In this document: positions 1 to 8,507 of the stretch, piece by piece
How the letters are laid out: the number at the start of each line of letters is the position of its first letter
How positions within the stretch are numbered: the stretch's first letter is position 1
Assembly: GCA_963837955.1 (NCBI GenBank)
Contig: CAWIPH010000002.1
Span: forward strand, 96,001-160,000
Length of the DNA: 64,000 bases
Direction: 5' to 3'
Source of the DNA: an uncultured Verrucomicrobiae bacterium
GTDB taxonomy: Bacteria; Verrucomicrobiota; Verrucomicrobiia; Chthoniobacterales; JAFAMB01
Made by a program: the position numbers and the translations under genes
The notes under the pieces: generated by a model
The model's database searches: none
The model's input: the letters and a program-made list of their open reading frames with translations, nothing else
Told to the model about the DNA's origin: nothing

Positions 1-1
1 C

Positions 2-34
2 GAGACGATTTACCGGAAGAGCGGGTACCGGTGA
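2..34 (+). CDS. Probable 3' end of an upstream gene of the glycan operon (partial)
   Basis: Frame 2 reads ETIYRKSGYR-stop (TGA 32-34), ending exactly where the heptamer array starts. Too short to identify. Confidence 0.3.
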   Translation, partial: ETIYRKSGYR

Positions 35-76
35 CGTTCGGCGTTCGGCGTTCAGGATTCAGCGTTCGCCGTTTGG
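35..76. repeat. Heptamer tandem array (CGTTCGG-type, 6 degenerate units)
   Basis: cgttcgg cgttcgg cgttcag gattcag cgttcgc cgtttgg; reverse complement of the array at 558-615. Confidence 0.9.
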
Positions 77-80
77 ACCT

Positions 81-494
81 TCACCGGTGTTTCTTCCCCC
101 TTTCGTTCTTTACGAACTTGAATTTTCGGCCGCGTACTTCCGTTGTATTGAGAAATCGCATGAGTCCACCGAGACACTGGCCCGCTCGTTGACCGAGCGC
201 ATTTAGCTCTTCAAACTTTTCAATGTCCAAATACCGAAAATCAACGGCATAAAGCAGCTGCCCCCGAGCTTCTCCCACTGAACCTTTCGAAATCGAAACG
301 AATTGAGAAAACTCTCGATTACCGTCACGTTCAAATCCTTCAGCAAAATTAGAATAGATGGACAAAAGCGTTTTACGCAGTTGGTTAACCAAGACAGGAT
401 CCTTTGAGAACACATGAGCGTTCAAAGGCTCAGCGACAGCACGTACGAAATCCCGACACCGTTGAAACGCATCGAATTCAGTAAAGTCATTCAT
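81..494 (-). CDS. Four helix bundle protein (23S rRNA intervening-sequence protein / S23-like family)
   Basis: 137 aa with QLRK..LSIYSNFAEGFER..NREF.QF..ISKGS.GE...QL..A.D..Y, the family signature. Confidence 0.9.
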   Translation of the reverse strand: MNDFTEFDAFQRCRDFVRAVAEPLNAHVFSKDPVLVNQLRKTLLSIYSNFAEGFERDGNREFSQFVSISKGSVGEARGQLLYAVDFRYLDIEKFEELNALGQRAGQCLGGLMRFLNTTEVRGRKFKFVKNERGKKHR

Positions 495-500
495 GTCCTA

Positions 501-528
501 ATAATAACATTTTATATGGACGTTGCAA
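501..528 (-). promoter_or_regulatory. Putative sigma70 promoter for the four-helix-bundle gene, likely leaderless
   Basis: Minus strand: TTGCAA-16 nt-TATTAT with TG extension, 6 nt before the ATG at 494. Confidence 0.55.
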
Positions 529-557
529 ATAGCGTAAAATGAACCCTGCACTTAGCG

Positions 558-615
558 CCGAACGCCAAACGACCATGACGCCGAACGCCGAACGCCGAAC
601 GCCAAACGCCAAACG
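558..615. repeat. Heptamer tandem array (CCGAACG/CCAAACG, 7 units with one interruption)
   Basis: Direct reading; inverted relative to 35-76; ends 3 nt before the GTG of hddA. Confidence 0.9.
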
Positions 616-618
616 CCT

Positions 619-1602
619 GTGATCATCACTCGCTCGCCCCTTCGAATATCCTTAGGCGGGGGAGGAACCGACCTCCCATCTTACTATCAAGAGCACTCCG
701 GATTCCTGATTGCCGCGGCCATCGACAAATATGTCTACATAACGCTTCACCGGACTTTCGTTGAGGAACTGATCGTCAAATATTCGAAACTCGAACGTGT
801 CAGGTTGGTAAAAGAACTTGAACACCCGATCATTCGCGAAGCTCTTCAGCTAGTGGGCGTGGAGGCTCCCTTCCTGGAAATCACTTCCATGGCAGACATC
901 CCAGCCGGTACCGGTCTCGGGTCCTCGGGAAGCTTCACCACGGCGTTGCTGAAGGCGTTGCACGCCTGGAAGATGAATCTGGTGCACCCGGCGCAGTTGG
1001 CTGAACAGGCGTGCGAGATCGAGATCAATCGCTTAGGTGAGCCGATCGGCAAACAGGATCAATACATTGCTGCCTATGGAGGCATTACTTGTTTCAAATT
1101 CATGCCGGACGGAAGGGTGGACGCTTGGCCGCTGAAAATCTCTGAGGAAACTCGATATAACCTGGAAGACAACTTGCTCCTCTTTTTTACCGGTTACTCG
1201 CGCTCCGCTTCATCAATTCTAAAAGAGCAAAAAACGAAGACGCTGGAGTCCGACTCAGCCATGGTCGATAACCTCCATTTCGTGAAGGAACTTGGAAAGC
1301 AGAGCCAGCGAGCTTTGGAGAACGGCGATTTGAAGGAGTTCGCTCGGCTGATGGATGTCCACTGGCAACGTAAGAAAGAGCGGTCCGGCAGTATGTCGAA
1401 CCCGCAAATTAACGAGTGGTACGATCACGCGATGACGAACGGCGCGCTAGGTGGGAAATTGATCGGTGCAGGCGGCGGCGGTTTTCTCATGTTTTACGGA
1501 GAGGACAAAGCGCGATTACGACATGCGATGCGCGAGAAAAGGCTGACGGAGGTCCGTTTTCGTTTTGATTTTGAAGGTACTAAAATCGTTGCCCAGTCTT
1601 GA
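619..1602 (+). CDS. hddA: GHMP kinase, D-glycero-alpha-D-manno-heptose 7-phosphate kinase-like
   Basis: PLRISLGGGGTD, PAGTGLGSSGS, GKQDQY and GGKLIGAGGGG motifs; adjacent to gmhA, gmhB and a nucleotidyltransferase. Confidence 0.88.
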   Translation: MIITRSPLRISLGGGGTDLPSYYQEHSGFLIAAAIDKYVYITLHRTFVEELIVKYSKLERVRLVKELEHPIIREALQLVGVEAPFLEITSMADIPAGTGLGSSGSFTTALLKALHAWKMNLVHPAQLAEQACEIEINRLGEPIGKQDQYIAAYGGITCFKFMPDGRVDAWPLKISEETRYNLEDNLLLFFTGYSRSASSILKEQKTKTLESDSAMVDNLHFVKELGKQSQRALENGDLKEFARLMDVHWQRKKERSGSMSNPQINEWYDHAMTNGALGGKLIGAGGGGFLMFYGEDKARLRHAMREKRLTEVRFRFDFEGTKIVAQS

Positions 1603-1604
1603 GA

Positions 1605-1708
1605 AACGCCGTCAGCGCCGACAACGCCGTGAGCGCCGACTAACGCCGAGCGGGGCGGGTAGCCGCCGGATCCATTACTAATCACTAATCATATACTAAT
1701 CACTGATC
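1605..1708. repeat. Nonamer array (a[a/g]cgccgnn) followed by ACTAATC heptamers
   Basis: aacgccgtc agcgccgac aacgccgtg agcgccgac, the same unit as 27030-27075; then actaatc repeats up to the next ATG. Confidence 0.75.
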
Positions 1709-1711
1709 CAT

Positions 1712-2422
1712 ATGGCTCTTCCTGTTGTGATTCTCGCCGGTGGTTTGGCTACGCGCTTGCGGCCGCTGACGGAAAAGATCCCGAAGAGCCTGGTTGAAGT
1801 TGCCGGACGTCCATTCTTGGAACACCAGATCGCTCTTCTCCGGAAGAACGATATTACTGAGCTTTATCTTTGCGTCGGATTTTTAGGTGAGATGATCGAG
1901 GAACTTTTCGGGAATGGGGAAAAGTTTGGTGTCCACATTGCATATTCCTATGATGGCAAAAAACTCCTGGGTACCGGCGGCGCTATAAAGAAGCTGATGC
2001 CCAAGTTGCCAGACAATTTTTTCGTGCTTTACGGAGATTCGTATCTGCCGATTGATTACCAAGGCGTGGCCACCCATTTTCGAACGAGTGGAAAGCCTGC
2101 CCTGATGACAGTCTTTCGCAACGACAACGCTTGGGATCGCAGCAATGTTTGGTTCGAAGAAGAGACGATACGCAGATACTCCAAAACAGAGCTTCTCCCC
2201 CAGATGAGCTACATCGATTATGGACTCACGGTTTGCAGTCGCACCATTTTTGAGGAGTACCCGGCGAACGAACCGTTTGATTTGGCCATCGTTTTCGAAA
2301 GACTGGCTCAGCGCGGAGTATTAGCTGGCTACGAAGTTCATCAACGCTTTTACGAAATCGGATCCCACCAAGGGCTGGAAGAGCTGGACCGGTTGCTCCG
2401 TGGCGAGAACATTAATCAATAG
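1712..2422 (+). CDS. hddC: Sugar-phosphate nucleotidyltransferase (heptose-1-phosphate guanylyltransferase-like)
   Basis: VILAGGLATRLRPLT..IPKSL, LGTGGA, VLYGDSY, FYEIGS motifs; operon context. Confidence 0.82.
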   Translation: MALPVVILAGGLATRLRPLTEKIPKSLVEVAGRPFLEHQIALLRKNDITELYLCVGFLGEMIEELFGNGEKFGVHIAYSYDGKKLLGTGGAIKKLMPKLPDNFFVLYGDSYLPIDYQGVATHFRTSGKPALMTVFRNDNAWDRSNVWFEEETIRRYSKTELLPQMSYIDYGLTVCSRTIFEEYPANEPFDLAIVFERLAQRGVLAGYEVHQRFYEIGSHQGLEELDRLLRGENINQ

Positions 2423-2446
2423 AGGAGACGTGAGTTGCCGTGGGGC

Positions 2447-2465
2447 AAATGACAGATGACAAATT
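2447..2465. repeat. ATGACA(A/G) heptamer array
   Basis: aaatgacagatgacaaatt; the same unit recurs at 19233-19268 and 43963-43992. Confidence 0.65.
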
Positions 2466-2482
2466 GCAGACGTCTCTTTCGC

Positions 2483-2580
2483 CATAACTCCACCACTCTA
2501 TTACTCCATCACTCCATCACTCCATTACTCCATTACTCCATTACTCCATTACTCCATTACTCCATTACTCCATTACTCCC
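2483..2580. repeat. Octamer microsatellite (CCATTACT)n, about 12 units
   Basis: Seven perfect ccattact units preceded by degenerate ones (ccataact, ccaccact, ctattact, ccatcact x2). Confidence 0.95.
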
Positions 2581-2610
2581 TCACCCCATCGTTCCCTCAC
2601 CCCACTCCCC

Positions 2611-3207
2611 ATGACCTACAGTGCACAGCATCTAGCTGAGACAGCGGAAATCGTCGCAAAGCTCGAACCCGAAAAGATCGAGAAAATGGCAGAATTACTT
2701 CTAGCAGTTCGCGAGCGGGGTGGACGGCTATTCTTTCTCGGGGTTGGCGGGAGCGCGGCTAACGCGTCGCACGCGGTGAACGATTTTCGTAAGATCGCTG
2801 GTATGGAGTGCTATGCTCCGACCGATAACGTCTCCGAACTAACGGCACGAACGAACGATGAAGGTTGGGCGTCTGTGTTCGTCGAATGGCTGCGAGGCAG
2901 CCGCCTGACTGCAAAGGATGCTGTTATGGTGTTCTCGGTCGGAGGCGGCAATCTGGAGAAGAATGTTAGTCCGAACTTGGTCTTAGCGCTGCAACACGCG
3001 AAAGAGGTGAAAGCGAGCATTCTCGGCATTGTCGGTCGGGACGGTGGTTACACAGCCAAAATGGCTGACGCCGTTTGTATCGTGCCGACCGTAAATGCGC
3101 AAAATACCACTCCTCACTCCGAGGCTTTTCAGGCTGTAATTTGGCACCTGCTGGTGTCGCATCCGAAGTTGAAGCTCCAGCAAACCAAGTGGGAAAGCAC
3201 GCGGTAG
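2611..3207 (+). CDS. gmhA: SIS-domain phosphoheptose isomerase-like protein
   Basis: GVGGSAANASHAVNDF, ELTARTNDEG, SPNLV.A motifs; 198 aa; operon context. Confidence 0.82.
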   Translation: MTYSAQHLAETAEIVAKLEPEKIEKMAELLLAVRERGGRLFFLGVGGSAANASHAVNDFRKIAGMECYAPTDNVSELTARTNDEGWASVFVEWLRGSRLTAKDAVMVFSVGGGNLEKNVSPNLVLALQHAKEVKASILGIVGRDGGYTAKMADAVCIVPTVNAQNTTPHSEAFQAVIWHLLVSHPKLKLQQTKWESTR

Positions 3208-3220
3208 GGGCGAAAGGTAG

Positions 3221-3259
3221 AGTGATTGGGTTAGTGAGAAGTGATTGGTGATTGGGTGA
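3221..3259. repeat. GTGATTG/GTGAGAA heptamer array
   Basis: agtgattgggttagtgagaagtgattggtgattgggtga; same unit at about 24001-24032, 35632-35658 and inverted at 35884-35901. Confidence 0.7.
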
Positions 3260-3349
3260 AAATCGCAACAAAACCAGGTGAACAAGGGTCTGGAAAACGT
3301 GCCACCACGCTGCCGGTTTCTTCTTTTGAACAGAAGGTAGCAAAGGTAA

Positions 3350-3417
3350 CGTAGCCTGATGCTCCGCCTCAGGAGATTGGCGCGCCTTGGATTCCTGAGG
3401 CGGAGCATCAGGCTACG
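3350..3417. repeat. GTAG-type REP-like palindrome, perfect 25-bp arms
   Basis: cgtagcctgatgctccgcctcagga / tcctgaggcggagcatcaggctacg; related arms at 23969 and 35602/35913. Confidence 0.92.
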
Positions 3418-3479
3418 CTTCGACCTGCTTGACTGGACATAGCCTCGGCGAGACCTACCCTGGCTAATTCAGCTTGGCG

Positions 3480-4040
3480 ATGAAACCAAACAAAGCAGTC
3501 TTTCTCGATCGTGATGGGGTAATAAATCGGCCGGTCATCATCGACGGAAAACCGTACCCGCCGCGGACGGTTGCGGAGTTTGAGATATTGGCTGGCGTGG
3601 GTCAGGCGTGTGCAAAGCTTAGGAAAGCCGGATACCTGCTGGTTGTCGCAACGAACCAACCAGATGTCGGCCGTGGTGTCATTGAGAAGAAAACCGTGGA
3701 AGCAATTCACGATGCGATGGTTCGCCAATTGCCAATCGATCGGGTCGAGGTTTGTTATCACGCCGGAGCGCAATTTGGTGAAGATTGCGAATGCCGGAAG
3801 CCTCGACCAGGGATGCTGATCACCGCTGCGGCGGCGCTCAATATCGATTTATCGCGATCGTTCATGGTCGGAGATCGTTGGCGCGACGTTGACTGCGGCA
3901 AGAGTGCGGGTTGCCGGACAATCTTTATCGATTGGGGGTACGACGAGCCGTTGCGAGAGCAACCGGATTTCAGAGCCGCGAACCTATCGGAAGCAGCCGA
4001 ATGGATTGTGCGGGGCACGACGGTGAGCAGTAAGCAGTAA
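3480..4040 (+). CDS. gmhB: HAD-IIIA heptose 1,7-bisphosphate phosphatase
   Basis: FLDRDGVIN, TNQPD, C.H...C.CRKPRPGML, SFMVGDRWRDV. ATG at 3480 preferred over TTG at 3474. Confidence 0.9.
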   Translation: MKPNKAVFLDRDGVINRPVIIDGKPYPPRTVAEFEILAGVGQACAKLRKAGYLLVVATNQPDVGRGVIEKKTVEAIHDAMVRQLPIDRVEVCYHAGAQFGEDCECRKPRPGMLITAAAALNIDLSRSFMVGDRWRDVDCGKSAGCRTIFIDWGYDEPLREQPDFRAANLSEAAEWIVRGTTVSSKQ

Positions 4041-4344
4041 GCGCGGAAGGCGAGTTTCAAGATAGCCTAGGGCGAAGCCCTAGGAATACCGCCCCCCACC
4101 CGCGACGCACTGAAGGTGCGTCTCAAGCTTTAACCTTAAATTTCAGACATACCGTTCGTTGAACGCCTCGCGGTAACGCTTAACGAATGATGGCTCCGGG
4201 TCTTGGGTTCGCCAGGGATCGTTGCATCTAACTACGGCGCTATTCACGTATTATTGTCACGCGCTTTCAGCGCTGATCCCCTGTTCTAATAAAGTTCCTA
4301 GGGCTTTGCCCTAGGCTATCTTGAGTCGCAGCTTCGCCGCTGAA
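4040..4344 (-). mobile_element. Non-autonomous MITE derived from an IS200-like/REP-associated tyrosine transposase locus (copy 1)
   Basis: Inverted ends tcaagatagcctagggcgaagccctaggaa / ttcctagggctttgccctaggctatcttga. Interior encodes MQRSLAN and FVKRYREAFNERYV on the minus strand. Colinear with 27226-27569. Confidence 0.8.
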
Positions 4345-4537
4345 GACCCGCCTATCAATTTTGATCGAGCGAAGTGCGACAGACTGTTACGCTATCTTGA
4401 AACGCGCCTTCGGCGCTGATAGCCGATCGCTTGGTCCATCGTGCAAAGTCCGATACTCTGCCAAGTCATCTTGAAACGCGCATGGTACTTACTGCTCACC
4501 GCTTACTCCTAGAACAGAGGCGTGGGTCCATTCGTGG

Positions 4538-5725
4538 TTATTTTTCGGCCCGAATCTGCGAAATCCGCGGGTTTAACCCGGAGGCGAGTTGACGGACAGA
4601 TCTGTTCGCTGGTTCGCTCCAGAATCTTCCGATCAATTCACCGACAAGCGCGCAAATGAATACGAACAGAGGCAGAAGCACAGGAGAATAAGGGACCAAA
4701 TCAAAATCGAGTTCCTTTAGATAATTCACGAAAAGGAGCAAAATGCTTGCGTGGAAAAGGTAGATTTCATAGCTGCGGCGACCAAGGAACCTGAGCGGCC
4801 AGGCAAAAGCGAGAAAGAGATGATTGCGCTGTTGGTTTTCCAAAGAGGTCACACCAAACAACAACAACGCGATACCAATCCCCAGAAAGGTTGGACCCAT
4901 CACGATATCGTTTGGGATGGTCGTGCAGGTGATTGCGCAGATCGACAAGACGAAGCCTAGGGACGACACCGCCCAAGCGAGTCTACGCGGCATCGTCCGG
5001 GTTGTTAGCATTGATTGGATAATCGCGGTGGCGCAGCCCAGAGCTATCAGATCAAAGCAGCAAAAATATCCATACAGTTTGTCGAGGTCGGTTGCGCCGG
5101 CGAATCGAGCAATCGGACCGGCCACAATCAGCACGAGGCAACAAGAGAGGATTGCGAATCGGTTTCTCAGAGAAAGACAGAGAAGAGGGAAGAAAAGGTA
5201 AAACATTTCCTCGATCGAGAGAGACCAAAGGATATCCCACGGCAACAGGCTCCAGCCGGTTTTACAGAACAACAAATTATACCGAAACGTCAGCGTGTAA
5301 TTTACCAGCTCAGAAATCGAAACCCTCTTCGTGTCGTAGACGAAGTCGCATACTTGGCCAAAGTGGAGGGAGAGTAGCACGACCAACGCCAAGCCAAGAC
5401 ACGGCGCAATTCGGCCCAATCGAAACAGATAAAAATTGCCAGGACGGATATCGCGGAGAGTCCCATATCGGACAAGAGAGATGCGGGTAATCAGAAATCC
5501 GGAGATAACGAAGAAGATGGTGACTCCGTAGTAACCGTTCTGAAATAGAATCTCAGCCAATTGAGGGGGGAACAACGGCGAGAGCTCGGAGGACTGAACA
5601 GTAAAAAAGTCGTCCCCGTGATAAAGCACAACGAGCAAAATCGACAGACCGCGCAACAGATCGATGAACCCGGACCGGCTCTTTCCGGCCAGGTCAGCGG
5701 AAATCTGGGGTGACTGCGCGCGCAT
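4538..5725 (-). CDS. Acyltransferase family 3 (OafA-like membrane O-acyltransferase)
   Basis: IDLLRGLSILLVVLYH, GVTIFFVISGFLIT, WSLSIEEMFY, LGRRSYEIYLFH; many transmembrane segments. Confidence 0.93.
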   Translation of the reverse strand: MRAQSPQISADLAGKSRSGFIDLLRGLSILLVVLYHGDDFFTVQSSELSPLFPPQLAEILFQNGYYGVTIFFVISGFLITRISLVRYGTLRDIRPGNFYLFRLGRIAPCLGLALVVLLSLHFGQVCDFVYDTKRVSISELVNYTLTFRYNLLFCKTGWSLLPWDILWSLSIEEMFYLFFPLLCLSLRNRFAILSCCLVLIVAGPIARFAGATDLDKLYGYFCCFDLIALGCATAIIQSMLTTRTMPRRLAWAVSSLGFVLSICAITCTTIPNDIVMGPTFLGIGIALLLFGVTSLENQQRNHLFLAFAWPLRFLGRRSYEIYLFHASILLLFVNYLKELDFDLVPYSPVLLPLFVFICALVGELIGRFWSEPANRSVRQLASGLNPRISQIRAEK

Positions 5726-5763
5726 TCGGCTTTAGTTCTTGCGAACGGTAGATGGCGTCTTCA

Positions 5764-6657
5764 ATGAATTGTCCGAAAATCTCAATTGTCACGCCATCCT
5801 TTAATCAGGGGAGATTTCTAGGCGCGACGCTCGAAAGCGTTCTCGGACAAGGCTATCCGGGCCTGGAATATGTCGTTATGGATGGTGGAAGCGACGACAA
5901 CAGCGTCGAAGTGATTAAACGGCGAGAAGCGGACTTAAGTTTTTGGCGGTCCGAACCCGATCGAGGCCAGGCGGCGGCAATCAACGAGGGATTTTCCCGA
6001 TGCACCGGAGCTATCCTGGGTTGGCTCAATAGCGACGATCTGTACAAACCCAAAACATTCTCCCAGGTGGCTGCGCTCCTCGGTCCAATTTCCGATCAAC
6101 CGGTTGTGATTTACGGTGGTTGCGAGTTATTTCACGACGGCAAGGGTACGCGCGAGATTCGGCCAGCTTTGCCTTTTGATTTGGCAACCCTGCAAACTAC
6201 CGATTATCTCGACCAACCCAGCGTCTTTTGGACCCGAGCGGCCTGGGAGCTGGTGGGCCCGTTAGACGAATCGCTCCACTATGCTTTTGATTGGGATTGG
6301 TTTTTACGGGCAGCGAAAAAATGCAAGTTCGTTTGCTCTGATCTTGTGTTGTCGCGGTATCGGATCCACTCCGAACATAAGTCTGGTACCGGCGGTGCAA
6401 GCCGGTGGAGGGAGCTAGTCGAGGTGGTCAATCGGCACGCTCCCGATGGGGTGATTGATCATTATCGGTTCCTGACGGATCACCGAATCGCTCACTGGTG
6501 GCTCAATAAACGGATGCGATTCGCCCAAGCGCTCGGCAAATTACTTCCCAGAAAATTGGCCGGCGGGCTGGCTACTGGAGCTTCGCCTCCGTTTTGGCGC
6601 TTGCCGAAAGGCATCGATCCAGAAGTCCTTTGGCTCATCTCCGGCATACGTTTTTAG
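5764..6657 (+). CDS. Glycosyltransferase family 2
   Basis: ISIVTPSFNQG, DGGSDD, GQAAAINEG, WLNSDD. Start could also be 5752. Confidence 0.92.
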   Translation: MNCPKISIVTPSFNQGRFLGATLESVLGQGYPGLEYVVMDGGSDDNSVEVIKRREADLSFWRSEPDRGQAAAINEGFSRCTGAILGWLNSDDLYKPKTFSQVAALLGPISDQPVVIYGGCELFHDGKGTREIRPALPFDLATLQTTDYLDQPSVFWTRAAWELVGPLDESLHYAFDWDWFLRAAKKCKFVCSDLVLSRYRIHSEHKSGTGGASRWRELVEVVNRHAPDGVIDHYRFLTDHRIAHWWLNKRMRFAQALGKLLPRKLAGGLATGASPPFWRLPKGIDPEVLWLISGIRF

Positions 6658-7082
6658 CTCAGTGGATTATGCCAACGGAGATCCGAAAAGCGGGCGTAAT
6701 CCGTATCGGTAGTGTGAACCACTGCCCGAAGTCGTAGTGCAATTGCGGCGATATGAGCGTCCGTTGTCAGATTGCCGCCGGTCCCTGCTAGTCTTAGAAA
6801 TGCGAGCGCTTGGCGGAGGTCGGACATCTGCGTTTCGAGGAACTGCGCATTGGGTTGGTCGAGCCATTCTTCAACATGTCTGGAGGCTTCCTCAATGGTC
6901 AAAGGATGAAGAAACACTTGGGCGTTGGTGCCAAGCCGCACAAATGCAAGTAAGACAGGTGCGCAAAGACCGACGGCCTCCGACCCGCCAAAAATGCTCG
7001 TTAACCACGTCGCCGCCTTACGATGAAATGGGCTCGAGGCATCGTAAGCATACAGCAGCAAATTGACATCTGGGATGATCAC
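6654..7082 (-). CDS. vapC: PIN-domain toxin
   Basis: MIIPDVNLLLYA...GNLTTDAHIAAIA...TTDTDYARF..LRWHNPL; start overlaps the antitoxin stop (ATGA). Confidence 0.92.
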   Translation of the reverse strand: MIIPDVNLLLYAYDASSPFHRKAATWLTSIFGGSEAVGLCAPVLLAFVRLGTNAQVFLHPLTIEEASRHVEEWLDQPNAQFLETQMSDLRQALAFLRLAGTGGNLTTDAHIAAIALRLRAVVHTTDTDYARFSDLRWHNPLS

Positions 7083-7357
7083 CGGACTTTTTTGGCCAAA
7101 CGTCGGGTGGAGGCAAAGAACGCCTCAATCTCTAGGTCGTCTTCCAGTTGGCCTAGCCGGGTCGGGTCGATTCCTGGACGAAGCCCCATGGTCCGCGCTT
7201 TGATCGCGAACGGCTTGCGCTTTGTGCTCGCCGACGAGTTTCGTAGTCCTTCCCGAACCGCGTTGTTCAACACCTGTTTGAAGCTTTGCCTTGTTTGATG
7301 GGCTGTCTCCTTCAGAAGACGCTCTACATCAGGATCTAGGGTGACGGTCGTGCGCAC
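7079..7357 (-). CDS. vapB: Ribbon-helix-helix antitoxin
   Basis: Starting at GTG 7357: MRTTVTLDPDVERLLKE...SFKQVLNNAVREGL; directly upstream of vapC. Confidence 0.85.
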   Translation of the reverse strand: MRTTVTLDPDVERLLKETAHQTRQSFKQVLNNAVREGLRNSSASTKRKPFAIKARTMGLRPGIDPTRLGQLEDDLEIEAFFASTRRLAKKVR

Positions 7358-7363
7358 GCTGCA

Positions 7364-7392
7364 ATCGTGACAGCAGAATCGGATGCTGTCAA
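7364..7392 (-). promoter_or_regulatory. vapBC promoter with overlapping palindromic operator
   Basis: Minus strand TTGACA-17 nt-CACGAT, 6 nt before the GTG; inverted repeat tgacagca-N8-tgctgtca at 7368-7391. Confidence 0.7.
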
Positions 7393-7454
7393 GATGCGAT
7401 AGACTTTCCGAGAGCCGATGTGCCACATCAAATCCGAGATGCGCCAATGCTATT

Positions 7455-7635
7455 GCAGGCGCGCTTTCAGCGCTACGACTTCGTTTGCTACCTTCTGTTC
7501 CAAATAGGGATTCGCCCTAGGAGAACTTGAAACACGGCTTCTCCGTTGAATCTGTTTCGCTTCTGCTCGAAAGCGAAACGGGGCAAATTACAAATAGAGC
7601 GAAGAGATTATTATATAGAAGGTAGCGAAGCGAAG
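7455..7635. repeat. Degenerate REP/MITE remnants
   Basis: gcgcgctttcagcgct and tagggattcgccctagg match the 4040-4344 element. cttcgtttgctaccttctgtt pairs with agaaggtagcgaagcgaag; the motif also occurs at about 3330-3350. Confidence 0.6.
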
Positions 7636-7705
7636 TCAGACAGAGGTCCTTCGCTGGGCTGAGTTCGTGCGCCATTGACGTGCATAGACCTCGCTTGGGC
7701 GCCTG

Positions 7706-8495
7706 TCAGACGGCTTCCTGCATCCGCACCTCTGGAGCGGACGCCAGCCGCTGCAATCGATCAATGAGTACCCGCTCGATCTGCGCCAGCTCTCGCGCCA
7801 AACGGATCCGAAGTGATGCCCGGGTCTGATCGCTCTTGGCCGTGAAACGCCAACCAGGTTCGCGCCGCAAACGTGTGCGTAAACCGAGCAACGCCTCGGC
7901 TCGGTTCCGGGTTGCTTGAATCAAATGCAAAATCTCTGCGCACGACATGGCGATGGTTCGCCGGGTTGGTGCGCATCGCGAATAAAATAAGTTGGAGCGC
8001 GACCAGATCACCGCTTTCATAAGCCGATTGAGCCTGTAGCCACCAAAGTTTTCGTTCACCGACTAAAGGTCCGCCGCGATCGGGATGAAGCTGCATGGCA
8101 ATCCGGCGAAACAGACGTTGGCATTCGCGATGCGGTTCCTTCGTTGCCAGGGCAAACTCGTCGGCCAATTCGGTTGCATCGCGCCACGAATCCTGCGCCT
8201 GGTCATCGTTTTCAGGAACGTTCTCTGCGGCTTTGGCCCAGTCATTAACGACCTCACTCTTCTCAGCGTCCGGATCGCTCTGAACAAATTCGAGCGCGGC
8301 GATTTGTTCACGCAATCCGCGATGATGCGCGAGGACGGGTCCGAACTCCCGATGATACCATAAGTAGAATGCGGGGCCGTCCACCTGGTCATACCGGGCT
8401 ATCTGCGCTTCCAGCCGCGCAACCGCGCGGCGGGCGCGACGGAGACGAGCCGTGTAGAAACGGCGGATAGGCCGGTTATCGACTTTGATCAACAT
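7706..8495 (-). CDS. J-domain-like protein (internal HPD motif), probably frameshifted near 7980
   Basis: LFRRIAMQLHPDRGG...W..AQSAYESGDL..L. A helical C-terminus (SCAEIL...EPGWRF...) continues in the 7706..8059 frame. Confidence 0.6.
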
Positions 8496-8507
8496 TTTGT
8501 CCGAGAA

